This document shows, piece by piece, positions 28,871 to 38,783 of a stretch of DNA of 64,000 bases. The notes beneath the pieces were generated by a model. It had not been told where the DNA came from. It did not search any database and saw only the letters and a list, made by a program, of their open reading frames with translations. Source of the DNA: Armatimonadota bacterium (GTDB lineage Bacteria > Armatimonadota > SYMT01); contig JAWLHY010000003.1 in assembly GCA_041690135.1 (NCBI GenBank), positions 160,001 to 224,000 on the forward strand. Reading direction: 5' to 3'. Positions within the stretch are counted from its first letter, which is position 1. Each line of letters starts with the position of its first letter. The translations under genes were made by a program, and so were the position numbers.

Positions 28871-30508
28871 TTACTCCCTGGTCCGTTCCGCATTCCCACT
28901 CGAAACGAACGAACCCGGGTCCGTAGTTCGAAGTCCACCTTCCCTCACCGAATCCGGCAGCGGAACCTTTAAACGGGCCCGGACCGCGGCCCGGACGAAC
29001 CGGTTGCCGTCGTCCAGCAAAGGCGCGAGATCACCTTCCGGCGTGGCGGGATGGAGCGCTGCAGCGAGACGATCCACCCAGTGGCAGGAGGCCAGGTAGG
29101 GCTCCGCCTGGAGGGCCGCCGCCTCCAGGTGAAGTATCCCCACGAACCGGCAAACCGGATGGAACTCACTTACTGCGTGGACGCGAGCCTGATGGCGTAG
29201 TCGCACCAGTGTGTGGACGGAGAGATCCGGGCGGCGAGCGAGCCGGAGACGCGCCGGCACTTCCGAGTGTCTCACGAGCTTCAACTGGAGATCTATCGGG
29301 GTGAGCGGATGGCCGGCCACGAAGCAGCGGTCATCCGCACTTCCGGAAAAGACCAGCGTGAGCAGGTGATCCCGGATATCCGCCAGCTTCTCCGGGGGGA
29401 GCGTGTTCCCGAGCGCACGCAGCACAGGACGGGGGTACCGAGCAAGAATCTCGATGGGTGCATCGGGGTTGCAGGCACCCAGTGTGGGGATCCCGCGGTC
29501 GGCCTTTGGGCTCGACATCTCTAAAGTAATGTCCTCTTCGGGCCGGCGTTTCTTCGCCAGGGAAGCGCTTCGCCGGACGCAGGGATCGCGGTCGTCGGCC
29601 AGCCGCACGCGAATCTCATCCGGGGTGGACGGGTTGCGGGCAACGCGAACTCGCACGGGGCGGAGCGCATCGCCCGCCAGACGGACCAGGTCTTCACGCG
29701 GAGTGTTCGGATGCCGCGCCGCGACGATGCGGGCCCAGGCCCCACCGCGAGCAAGCTGCGCCAGCGCCCGGGACGGAAGCGTAGGATCCGGCCGCGCCAG
29801 CCGGCCGGCCCGCCGAGAACCCGCGGCCCGCTCCAGGAGACCGGCCAGTCCTTCGCACTCCGCGCTGCGGGCCATCCCCGCCACCACCGCCCGTAGCGCC
29901 GCGAACTCGCCGGATGCGGCGGCCGCTTCCATCACCAGGGCCGGAGCCAGTCCGAGCTCCACGATCTCCAATAAGCGATCGTATACCGGAGTGCACGCCT
30001 CAGCGAACGCCCCACTCAACTCGCGGGCCCAACCGGGCCCCACCTCCCCGGACAGTCCCACGTGATGCCGGGCAGCCATGGCCACCTCATGCTCCGGATG
30101 ATCGGTAAGAGACGCCAGTAGCGGGCGGGATACCTGGGAGCGTCGCAGCAGTTCCTGGCAGAGAATACCGGGTAGGGCTCTCCACACGTCGGGACGCTCC
30201 AGAACGGCGAGATCGAGCGCGGGATTACGAACCACCAATTGGGGATGGAACAGCAGGAGATCTCGCAGGACGTCCGGAGGGGTGTTGGGGTTCAGCGCCA
30301 CCGCCTCTCGTAGCCACGACTCCAGGCCGGCCATTCCCGACCACTCCGCGATTTGCCGCAGCCGGTCGGCGGGAGTTTGGGGGTCCAGCGCATCGGAAGC
30401 CAGTTGCGCCAGTTCGTGCGGATACGGCGGGATCGTTCCATACCGGGGTCGGTCGAGCCGAAGCCTCGCCAGGTTGAGCACCACGTAGGAAGTCAACATC
30501 AACGGCAT
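28871..30508 (-). CDS. Leucine-rich-repeat-variant/HEAT-like repeat protein, paralog 1
   Basis: A.NPNTP..L repeats; C-terminal DGNRFVRAA. Start is uncertain (30508-30646). Confidence 0.8.
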   Translation of the reverse strand: MPLMLTSYVVLNLARLRLDRPRYGTIPPYPHELAQLASDALDPQTPADRLRQIAEWSGMAGLESWLREAVALNPNTPPDVLRDLLLFHPQLVVRNPALDLAVLERPDVWRALPGILCQELLRRSQVSRPLLASLTDHPEHEVAMAARHHVGLSGEVGPGWARELSGAFAEACTPVYDRLLEIVELGLAPALVMEAAAASGEFAALRAVVAGMARSAECEGLAGLLERAAGSRRAGRLARPDPTLPSRALAQLARGGAWARIVAARHPNTPREDLVRLAGDALRPVRVRVARNPSTPDEIRVRLADDRDPCVRRSASLAKKRRPEEDITLEMSSPKADRGIPTLGACNPDAPIEILARYPRPVLRALGNTLPPEKLADIRDHLLTLVFSGSADDRCFVAGHPLTPIDLQLKLVRHSEVPARLRLARRPDLSVHTLVRLRHQARVHAVSEFHPVCRFVGILHLEAAALQAEPYLASCHWVDRLAAALHPATPEGDLAPLLDDGNRFVRAAVRARLKVPLPDSVREGGLRTTDPGSFVSSGNAERTRE

Positions 30509-30624
30509 ACCGTCGCCCTCACCCCGATCCCCCTTTCCCAAGCAGACGCGGGCGGGCAGCCGGATGTTCCCCGGTAACCGCGTCGAGGGACGGCGGTGCC
30601 GGACGCGGTGAGAGCAGCCGGCTA

Positions 30625-32520
30625 TCAGCCGACGCCCCACAGGCACTCGGGTGGCGGGTTCCCCGTCAGGCGCCAGCGGGCGGCGGCGCGAACCAGGCGG
30701 TTACCGTCCCGCGCCAGCTTCTCCAGGAGGTCGTACGGAGGAGTGGGGTGGAGGGTGACTCCCAGGCGCACCTGCCAGCGGTGGCTCCGGCTCGCGGTGC
30801 GCAAGTGCTTTTCCGGTAGGGCCGGATGGGACAGGCCGAGGATCGCCGGCAGCGGTTCGTGACAGCCGCCGCAAGCCGCCAGGACCTTCTCCCGCAGCAT
30901 CTCCCCGGCCTCCACGGGTAGGTGACGGTTCCGCCAAAGGCTCCGACGGACTTGCACGCTGGGGTCTTCCGCCAGGCGGACGAGGGCCTCGGGAGACCGC
31001 ACGCGCCACGCAGCGCCGGCGGCGTATTTCTCAATCAGCTCCGCCGGAGCCACCGGGTTGCGGAGCACGGCCCGCGTGATTTCCGCGCTCCATCCACGCG
31101 CCAACCCGGACAGCGTCTTTGCCGGGGTATTGCGATTCCGGGCCACTCGCAGACGGATCGCGTCGTACCGGCTGGTGGCCAGCCGCTCCAGGGCCAACGG
31201 CGGGGTCGCGGGGTTCCCGGCCACAGCCAAGCGAATGTCGCGCTCGCGGTCGCTTGCCAGTCGCATCAGCAGGTCCGGCGGCTGCGCGCGGTCCCGAGCC
31301 AGGGCGAGGCGCACCGGGATGGCCAGCCCCGCCACCCACTCCTTCAGCGACACCTCCGCAGGCGGCTCCGGCAGGGGAAGCCGGATTGTCTCAAGAGGTT
31401 CCGTGGGCTGGAGTCTCCCGCATCCGGCACACGCGGGTTCCGGAGTTGCGATCGGGCGCAACGCCCGCTCCGCCGAGTTCCGCACGCGGGTGTCGGGGTC
31501 GCAGGCCAGGTCCTCCGCGACTCCCATCGGGATAGCCGGATGCCGGGCCACCGCGGCGCGGACTCGAGCCTCCGGGTCCCGGGCGAGGCGGCACAACAAC
31601 TCCGCGGGTGCGCTTTCATTCCGGGCCACGGCGAGACGCTCCCGCAGGCGTGGGGAGGCGGCCAGCGTTTCTAGAGCCTCCACCGGAGTGGCCGGATGCC
31701 GCGCTACCGCGCGCCGGACCGCCACCTCCGGATCGGCGGCCAGGCACTCCAGGAGTTCCGGCGGCGTGTTCGGGTGCCGAGCCGCCAGCCTGCGGAGCCA
31801 GGTCCCTCCGGCTGCCAGGCAGGCGAGCTCTTCCGGTGCGGCAGGCACGTCCGGGCGAACGGGACCGCTGAGGTCCCAGGTGCCCGTGAGCCGCCGCAAC
31901 AGGTCGAAGAGAGGCTGATAGCCGGAGTTGCGGCGGGCTCCCCAGCAGAAAGAGACGCGTTCCCACCGACGGAGTTGCTCTCCCAGCAGCCGCTCCGCCA
32001 CCCGGGGCGACACTTCACCCTGCTCCAGCAGCGCCAGCACGCACGCGTGCCGCTCAGGATTGAGCCTTCGCTGCATCAGCTTCCCGAACTCGGCCTGTAC
32101 CAGCGCGACCCACTCATCCCCCGTTTCGCCGGCCAGGAGGACGTGGTGCCGGGCCTCGTCAGCCAGGGCCGGTGAGCGCTGTGAGAAGGTAACTACCAGC
32201 GATTCCGGGACATCGGCGCGGGCCAGGACGGCCCCGGACACGAACTCCGGGAGCTTCCGCATGAAGTCCGGGTCTTCGAGCAGCAGGAGGGGAAGGACCG
32301 GGTTCTCCAGCAGTGCCTCCGGAAACTGCTCGAAGGCTTGCCGGAGGAGACTCGGCGGCGCGTTGGGGTTCCGGGCGATCGCGGCCCGCAACTCCCGGCG
32401 CAGGGCACGCCGGAAATCCCACCCGTCGAAGAGCTCCTCCAGCCGCTCCGGCGGCGTGGATGGGTCGGCCGCATCCAGCCGCGCCCGCTCGATCTCCAGA
32501 ACCAGGTCACGCTTCGACAC
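30625..32520 (-). CDS. LRV/HEAT-like repeat protein, paralog 2
   Basis: LA.D....VR.AVA.HP.TP repeats; C-terminal DGNRLVRAAA. Confidence 0.85.
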   Translation of the reverse strand: MSKRDLVLEIERARLDAADPSTPPERLEELFDGWDFRRALRRELRAAIARNPNAPPSLLRQAFEQFPEALLENPVLPLLLLEDPDFMRKLPEFVSGAVLARADVPESLVVTFSQRSPALADEARHHVLLAGETGDEWVALVQAEFGKLMQRRLNPERHACVLALLEQGEVSPRVAERLLGEQLRRWERVSFCWGARRNSGYQPLFDLLRRLTGTWDLSGPVRPDVPAAPEELACLAAGGTWLRRLAARHPNTPPELLECLAADPEVAVRRAVARHPATPVEALETLAASPRLRERLAVARNESAPAELLCRLARDPEARVRAAVARHPAIPMGVAEDLACDPDTRVRNSAERALRPIATPEPACAGCGRLQPTEPLETIRLPLPEPPAEVSLKEWVAGLAIPVRLALARDRAQPPDLLMRLASDRERDIRLAVAGNPATPPLALERLATSRYDAIRLRVARNRNTPAKTLSGLARGWSAEITRAVLRNPVAPAELIEKYAAGAAWRVRSPEALVRLAEDPSVQVRRSLWRNRHLPVEAGEMLREKVLAACGGCHEPLPAILGLSHPALPEKHLRTASRSHRWQVRLGVTLHPTPPYDLLEKLARDGNRLVRAAARWRLTGNPPPECLWGVG

Positions 32521-32928
32521 GAGAGTGGATGATGCTCCTCGACATCGGTGAGCGTGCCAGCGCAATGCTGGCACCCAACAACTGGCGTCTCAACTTTCGG
32601 CTCCTTTCCGCTGGATGGAGCGAGGGTCCTCCTCTCCATCACACCTGCTCGCACGGCAGTTCCCAACGCCAAACCGCATCACCCGGGCTGACCAGACGAC
32701 TTCCTGCGATGCAATGTGATGCAACGTTGCGGATCCCGAACATCTGCTAAATTAGTTCGAAGTTAGGTGTTCACACTAATTTTCTTAAGAAAGTACTGAG
32801 ATTTGGCACATGCGACGGTTACCGGGAGGTAGGTAGCACTGTTAGGGTGCAAAGTAGAGTAAGCCCAGCCAATCAGGCGGCAGGAGTGCTAACCTGCCAC
32901 GGGTTCTCTCAATTGTGGAGGGAGTCAG

Positions 32929-33732
32929 ATGAACCAGCGAAAGGGGTTCACGCTCATCGAGCTACTGGTGGTGATTGCCATCATAGCCATCTTGGCCGCA
33001 ATACTTTTCCCGGTCTTCGCACGAGCGCGTGAGGCGGCCCGCGCGACCAGTTGCAAGAGCAATCTCAAGCAGCTTGCGCTCGGCATCTCCATGTACGTGC
33101 AGGACTACGACGAGCTGTACATGAGCCGCAGCATGCCGTTCGTCGGCACTGCAGGCACCCACTGGGGATACGCGATTGCTCCGTACACGAAGAACCTGAA
33201 CATCCACCAGTGTCCTTCGAACCCGCAGCGGAACGCGAATACCAGCCAGGCGCCTCCACCGGGCTCCGGGCTCCCGCAGATGAAACGGTCCTACGGAGTC
33301 AACGCCTGGTTCCTCCAGGACCCCGGCTTCAATGGCCAGGTGATGAACAACTACAACGTGGGACAGGCCCAGATTGCCGATCCGGCCGAACGGATTATGA
33401 TTGGCGAGCTCATGGACGGGCACAACGACTACGTCGGCGGAATCTGGAACGGCACAGGTAACTACGCGGCAACGACCCGGCCACCGACCAGCCGTGGTTT
33501 CGCCGGACATAGCGGCATGATGAACGTGGCCTTCTTCGACGGCCACGTGAAAGCTATGAAGCCAAGTCAGACCGTGAGCGGCAAGCTGATGTGGGTTCCG
33601 AACATGCAGAGTGCGGACCCCGCCCAGTGCCCCAACTTCACCACGGGCGTGCGCGCTTCCGGGACGGCCAGTGCCCAGCAGTGTACGGACCTCAAGCTCG
33701 GTATGCAGGCGCTTGAGGCCGTTTGGAACTAG
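32929..33732 (+). CDS. DUF1559 prepilin-type N-terminal cleavage/methylation protein with H-X9-DG motif
   Basis: [40 protein letters not shown]; [15 protein letters not shown]. Confidence 0.95.
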   Translation: MNQRKGFTLIELLVVIAIIAILAAILFPVFARAREAARATSCKSNLKQLALGISMYVQDYDELYMSRSMPFVGTAGTHWGYAIAPYTKNLNIHQCPSNPQRNANTSQAPPPGSGLPQMKRSYGVNAWFLQDPGFNGQVMNNYNVGQAQIADPAERIMIGELMDGHNDYVGGIWNGTGNYAATTRPPTSRGFAGHSGMMNVAFFDGHVKAMKPSQTVSGKLMWVPNMQSADPAQCPNFTTGVRASGTASAQQCTDLKLGMQALEAVWN

Positions 33733-33763
33733 ATGGCGAGAACACTCTGAACGCCGACTTCGT

Positions 33764-33801
33764 AAGAGAGGGGGGAGGGCGCTTCGCTCCTCCCTCCTCT
33801 T
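33764..33801 (+). terminator. Intercistronic stem-loop (partial terminator or mRNA stabiliser)
   Basis: AAGAGAGGGGGGAGGGCG-cttc-GCTCCTCCCTCCTCTT. Confidence 0.5.
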
Positions 33802-33843
33802 GCGGAATACTACGCCGCACCGCTCCGCACCGGTCTCTTCTGC

Positions 33844-35019
33844 ATGTCGCTGCGCATTCTCATCCTGGCCGCCTCGGTACTGATCAGTATTGGAGCCGCC
33901 GTTCTCCTCTTGGGAGGTAGCCGCCCTCCCTCGCAAGACCTGGCGACGGCCCAGCGTCGGCTCGAGGCAGGTACCGCCAGCCCGGCCGAAATCGTGGCGC
34001 TGGGAGAGAAGTTCCTCCAACGCGGGGAGCTCTTGAAAGCCGCCGAAATGGGGTTTCGCGCCCGCAAGGCCGATCCACGGCTTCCCGCACCCCACCTCCT
34101 TCTCGCTACGCTCTACACGCAAAGCCAGGAGCCGGAGAAGGCGCGTGCCTCCTACCAGGATGCCGTCCGGGTCGCTCCCGAATTACTCGTCCCCCGGCTT
34201 AACCTGGCCCGCTTCGAACTTGAGCAGCGGAACGGCCCAGCCGCGCTGGAGCACGCGCAGGCGGCCGTCAACATCGACCGGAACAGCGCCGAGGCGTGGC
34301 TCCTCGCCGGCAGGATACAGCGCCTGTTCAAGAGCGACGGGACCTCCGCGTCCTCCTACCGCCGCGCGATTACCCTCAACCCGGAGCTGGCCGAGGCCCA
34401 TCTGGAGTTGGGGGTGCTGTCGCTGGATTTCGACAAGTACTCGGAGGCCGTCGCTCCGTTGGAGCGCGCCTACGAATTGGGCCTGCGTACCCCACAACTG
34501 ATGTCCTGCCTGGCACTGGCCCTGGTGGCGGGACCGGGCGGCGACGACGCCGCTACGCGCGCCGAGCAGTTGCTGAAGGAAGCGGGAAGGCCGGAGATGC
34601 CGGCCTCCTGGTTTGCCCAGGGTCTGCTGCACCACCGCAGCCGGGACCTCCCGCGGGCCTGTGAAACATTCGAAAGGGTCCTGCGCGCTAACCCCCGCAA
34701 TGAACGCGCCCAGTATGCACTCGCCATGGCTTACCGCGATGCCGGGCGGAAGACGCTGGCCCAAAAGGCCATACGGCGTCACGATCTCCTGGTGCGTCGG
34801 CGCCAAGCCTTACGGCAGTTCTCCCAGGGAATCACCGAGGAACCCAATTCACCCTCCCGGCGCAAGGCCTATGGACAGGCGCTGTTCGAGATCGGGGACT
34901 TCCGGGCGGCGGAAGCGCAATTCCGCGCCTGGTGCGAATTGGCGTCGAAGAACGCGGAAGCCAAACAGTGGCTGCGCCGGGCTCGGGAAAAGCTGCGCGA
35001 ACAAGACGGGGCTCGATGA
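33844..35019 (+). CDS. Membrane-anchored tetratricopeptide repeat protein
   Basis: N-terminal TM segment; TPR units (YRRAITLNPELAEAHLELG, FERVLRANPRNERAQYALA). Confidence 0.88.
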   Translation: MSLRILILAASVLISIGAAVLLLGGSRPPSQDLATAQRRLEAGTASPAEIVALGEKFLQRGELLKAAEMGFRARKADPRLPAPHLLLATLYTQSQEPEKARASYQDAVRVAPELLVPRLNLARFELEQRNGPAALEHAQAAVNIDRNSAEAWLLAGRIQRLFKSDGTSASSYRRAITLNPELAEAHLELGVLSLDFDKYSEAVAPLERAYELGLRTPQLMSCLALALVAGPGGDDAATRAEQLLKEAGRPEMPASWFAQGLLHHRSRDLPRACETFERVLRANPRNERAQYALAMAYRDAGRKTLAQKAIRRHDLLVRRRQALRQFSQGITEEPNSPSRRKAYGQALFEIGDFRAAEAQFRAWCELASKNAEAKQWLRRAREKLREQDGAR

Positions 35020-36683
35020 GTAACCGATACCCTTCCCGCACCACGTTCGCCATACTGGCCGCTGCCGCAAGTTTGACCGGCTGCCAACCCCCCCGGCAGT
35101 CTCAGCGTGCCCCGGCTCCGGAGACTCCGCAGTTCGTGAATCGGACCGCGGAGTCCGGGATCGACTTCGAGCAACGCAGCGGTGCGGAGAAGGTTCTCGA
35201 TATCGTGCAGACTTCCGCCGGCGGGGTTGGGGTCCTCGACTACGATGGCGACGGTTGGCTGGATCTCTACTTTGTGCAGGGGCAACACCGGAACGGCGCG
35301 GGCGGCGGTAACCGGCTATACCGGAACCGCGGCAACGGCACCTACGAGGATGTTACCGAACGCGCCGGGGTGCGCGGTCGCGGCTACGGCATGGGCTGCG
35401 CGGTCGGCGATTTCAATGCGGATGGATGGCCGGACCTCTTCGTCTGCAACCACGGAACCAGCCAACTGTTTCAGAACCGCGGTGATGGAACCTTTGAGGA
35501 TGTCACCGCGAAGACCGCCGCGGACGTGCGGGGGTGCAGCATCAGCGCGGTGTTCACCGACCTCGACCAGGATGGCTGGCCGGACCTGTACGTCGCCCGC
35601 TACATCCGCCTGGCGCCGGACAGTCGCATGCTCTGCACCAGCAGCGGCCTGCCGGTGAGCTGCGATCCGCAGGCCTACCCCGCGCAGCCCGGCGTGTTTC
35701 TCCGCAACGAGCAGGGCCGCCGCTTCGTGGACCGGACTCTTCCGGCGGATCTCCTGAATGAGGGCCGGGGAATGGCGGCCCTGGCGGCGCACCTGAACGA
35801 CGACTCCCGGTTGGACCTGTTCATTACCAATGACACGAGCGCCAACGCCCTGTTCCTGGCGAAGCCCGGTGGCAGCTTCGAGTCGGCGGGCGCGCTCTCC
35901 GGGGTAGCTTACGGCGAGTTGGGGGTGGCCGAAGCCAACATGGGGTGTGATGCCGGCGATTTCAACGGGGACGGCCGGCTCGATCTTTTTGTGGGCGTGA
36001 TGCAGGACCGCGCCAGCCTGCTGTTCCGGAATGAAGGCGGCGGGCTGTTTACCCTGGTGACCCGCGAGGCTGGGTTGGCCGAGGCCAGTAGTCCCGTCGT
36101 CACCTGGGGAGTGGGTTTCCTGGATTTCGATCAGGACGGCGACCTCGATCTCTTCCAGGCGAACGGGCACGTCAACACCCTCGCCGCGGAGGTCAACCCG
36201 ACGCACCGCTTTCTGCAGCCACGTCAGCTCTTCGAGAATGACGGAGCGGGGCGGTTTACGGATGCGAGCGCACGCGGCGGCCCCGCCATGACCACCCCCG
36301 CCGCGGGTCGCGGCGCCGCCTTCGGTGACCTGGACAACGACGGGGATGTAGACATCGTGGTGAACAACCTGGATGGCCCGCCGTCCGTGCTCTTCAACCA
36401 GGCGGAGAAGTCCGGAAGCCACTGGCTGCAGATACGCCTGGTGGGGAAGCATCCCAATTCCAGCCCTGAGGGCACGCTGGCACGGCTTTCCGTTGGTGAA
36501 CGCACCCTAACCCGCCACCTCCACCGCGGCTACAGCTATGCATCCGCCAGCGACCCCCGGCTCCACTTCGGCCTGGGACCCGCCACCCAGGTGGGACCGC
36601 TCGTCGTCACCTGGCCGGACGGTACTCGCCAGGAAGTCGCCGTACCGGGCATCGACCGGGAGTTGACCGTGCGCCAGCCCTAG
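35016..36683 (+). CDS. CRTAC1 family (FG-GAP + ASPIC/UnbV) lipoprotein
   Basis: Lipobox LTGC; DYDGDGWLDLYF, GDFNGDGRLDLF repeats; SYASASDPRLHFGLG; ATGA overlap with the TPR gene. Confidence 0.93.
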   Translation: MSNRYPSRTTFAILAAAASLTGCQPPRQSQRAPAPETPQFVNRTAESGIDFEQRSGAEKVLDIVQTSAGGVGVLDYDGDGWLDLYFVQGQHRNGAGGGNRLYRNRGNGTYEDVTERAGVRGRGYGMGCAVGDFNADGWPDLFVCNHGTSQLFQNRGDGTFEDVTAKTAADVRGCSISAVFTDLDQDGWPDLYVARYIRLAPDSRMLCTSSGLPVSCDPQAYPAQPGVFLRNEQGRRFVDRTLPADLLNEGRGMAALAAHLNDDSRLDLFITNDTSANALFLAKPGGSFESAGALSGVAYGELGVAEANMGCDAGDFNGDGRLDLFVGVMQDRASLLFRNEGGGLFTLVTREAGLAEASSPVVTWGVGFLDFDQDGDLDLFQANGHVNTLAAEVNPTHRFLQPRQLFENDGAGRFTDASARGGPAMTTPAAGRGAAFGDLDNDGDVDIVVNNLDGPPSVLFNQAEKSGSHWLQIRLVGKHPNSSPEGTLARLSVGERTLTRHLHRGYSYASASDPRLHFGLGPATQVGPLVVTWPDGTRQEVAVPGIDRELTVRQP

Positions 36684-36699
36684 AACCTGCCGGCCGGCT

Positions 36700-38775
36700 T
36701 CACTCCGGCTCCCAAGCCCTCGGGGGTACCTCTCCCGCCAGTTGCGACCGTGCCGCGGCCCGGACGAGGCGGTTCCCGTCGCACGCGAGACGGCTGAGTA
36801 GCTCGGGGCCTGCCTTCGGGTTCAGTGCCACGGCCAGGCGGCATTCCCAATAGCGGTGAATTGCCCCCTTCCGGAGGCCCTCCGCCGGCTGCTCCGGATG
36901 GGAAAGCGCCAGGAGCTGGCACAGGTCCAGGCCGTGCTCGCTGGCCTGGCAGAGGGCGGCCCCCCGGAGCGCCGCTTCCGTCGCCGCTGACCGCCGGGGA
37001 TGGCGCCGGACCGCGCGGCGCACTTCGAGATCAGCATCGCCGGCCAGGCGGTTCAGGATCTCCGGTGGGAGTTCCGGCTTGCGGGCCACTACCAACCGCA
37101 CCTCCGTGGCCTGCGCCCCGGCGAGGCACTCCAGTACCGCAAAAGTCCCGTGCATGGCAACCAGTGCTTCCGCCACCGTATCGCTCCAGCACTGCGCGGT
37201 CAGCCGGTCCAAGTGTTCGGGAGTCAGGCGGGGATTACCGGCGAGGGAGAAGAGGATCCGGGGAGTGCTGCTCTGCGAAAGGCGCTCCAACGCGGCCTCC
37301 GGTGCGGAAGGATTGCCGGCCACCGCCGCCCGGACCTCCCACTGGAGATCCTGCGAGAGCAGGTCCAGCATTTCCGCCGCTTCTGCCGGGTTCGCCGCGA
37401 TCTCTCGACGCCGGCGCATCCCCAGCCCCTGAAGGCGCTCAGCGGGGGGCCGCTGCCGGTCCGGCTCGCTCGGGAGCGAGCCGGCAGCCACCGAGTTGGC
37501 CTCATACCCAGGGGGTAGTGCGTGTGATACTGCCCCGTGAATGGAAGGATCGCCCGCAGCCATCCGCGCCCTCCCAGGTAAGGGGCGCTGTCGCGTCCGG
37601 TACTCCCCATCAAGCCGCTGCTTCCGAACCTCTGCCGGGGCGGCCGGGTTCCTCACCGCGCCCAGCCGCACCGCAGGCTCGACATCCGACGCCAGCGCAA
37701 TAAGCGCCTCCGCCGGACACGCGGGGTTCCGCGCCACGGCACTCCGTACCCTTTCCGCAGTATCGCCAGCCAGTTGGGTCAACCGTTCCCCAGGAGTGGT
37801 CGGGTGGCGTCCGACGGCGGCTCGAATCCGCGCCTCGGGATCCTCGGCCAGGCGCGCCAGTAGTTCCGGCCCCGCCGACGGGTTGCGAGCCACCGCCAGG
37901 CGCACCCGCAGGTAGCGGGATCCCGCCAGGTCCGCCAGGACCTCCGGAGGCGTGGCGGGGTGCGCGGCCACCTCGCGCTGGACGGTCAGGTCTCCCACCT
38001 CCGCCAGGCGCGCCAGAAGGTGCGGGGGCGTGCGCGGATGGCGGGCCGCAAGACGGCGCAGCCAACCGTCGTTCCCGGCCAGCCAGCACAGGGGTTCGGG
38101 ATCGACCTCCGGGTCCGGCGCCCCTCTTCCGCGAAGGTCGCGGGTTCCGGTGACCTTCCGCAGCAAATCCAGCAGCGGCCGGTAGGCGGCATTCCGGGTG
38201 GCGCCGCGGAGCAGGACCTGTCGCACCGGATAGGCGGAGCTGGCGCCGACCGCGCGGGCCGCCACTTCCACCGGAACCAACCCGAGTTCGATCAATTCGA
38301 GCAGGAACGGCGACAGGTGCAACGACGGGGCCCGCAGGACATTGTGGGCCTCTTCCCTCCACTCCGCGCCGGCTTCTCCCGCCAGGCGCACGTGCTGGGC
38401 GGCTTCGGTAGCCAGCCGGGGTTCCCGGTGGGCCAGGAGCGCCGAGAGGAAGAAGTGGGGGAGGTCCTCTTCACGGAGGAGGTTCTGCAGGGCCGCCCGG
38501 TCACAACGGGAAAGGAAACCCGGATCTTCCAGCAGATAGAGCGGCAGCGCCGGGTTCTTCAGCGCCTGGAGCGCGGGCCCGTCGAAGAAGAGGAAGCAAA
38601 GGATCTCCGGCGGGAGGTTGGGATTGGCCGCCGCGCCACAGATCACCGGGGATTGTTTGCGATCCGCATCCAGTTCTTCCCGGCAGAGCTCGACCAGGCG
38701 CGCGGAGGGCGTGGTCGGATCGGCCGCTTCCTGCAGACGGCGCGCTTGCGAGCTGCGCTTTCCCTGCTTTGGCAT
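36700..38775 (-). CDS. LRV/HEAT-like repeat protein, paralog 3
   Basis: AGGAG RBS; same N-terminal block, repeats and DGNRLVRAAA terminus. Confidence 0.85.
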   Translation of the reverse strand: MPKQGKRSSQARRLQEAADPTTPSARLVELCREELDADRKQSPVICGAAANPNLPPEILCFLFFDGPALQALKNPALPLYLLEDPGFLSRCDRAALQNLLREEDLPHFFLSALLAHREPRLATEAAQHVRLAGEAGAEWREEAHNVLRAPSLHLSPFLLELIELGLVPVEVAARAVGASSAYPVRQVLLRGATRNAAYRPLLDLLRKVTGTRDLRGRGAPDPEVDPEPLCWLAGNDGWLRRLAARHPRTPPHLLARLAEVGDLTVQREVAAHPATPPEVLADLAGSRYLRVRLAVARNPSAGPELLARLAEDPEARIRAAVGRHPTTPGERLTQLAGDTAERVRSAVARNPACPAEALIALASDVEPAVRLGAVRNPAAPAEVRKQRLDGEYRTRQRPLPGRARMAAGDPSIHGAVSHALPPGYEANSVAAGSLPSEPDRQRPPAERLQGLGMRRRREIAANPAEAAEMLDLLSQDLQWEVRAAVAGNPSAPEAALERLSQSSTPRILFSLAGNPRLTPEHLDRLTAQCWSDTVAEALVAMHGTFAVLECLAGAQATEVRLVVARKPELPPEILNRLAGDADLEVRRAVRRHPRRSAATEAALRGAALCQASEHGLDLCQLLALSHPEQPAEGLRKGAIHRYWECRLAVALNPKAGPELLSRLACDGNRLVRAAARSQLAGEVPPRAWEPE

Positions 38776-38783
38776 GGCGTCTC

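Noticed and set aside
32718-32735. GCAACGTTGC palindrome as a LacI-type operator
   Set aside because: Single short copy with no cognate regulator in the window; cannot be supported.
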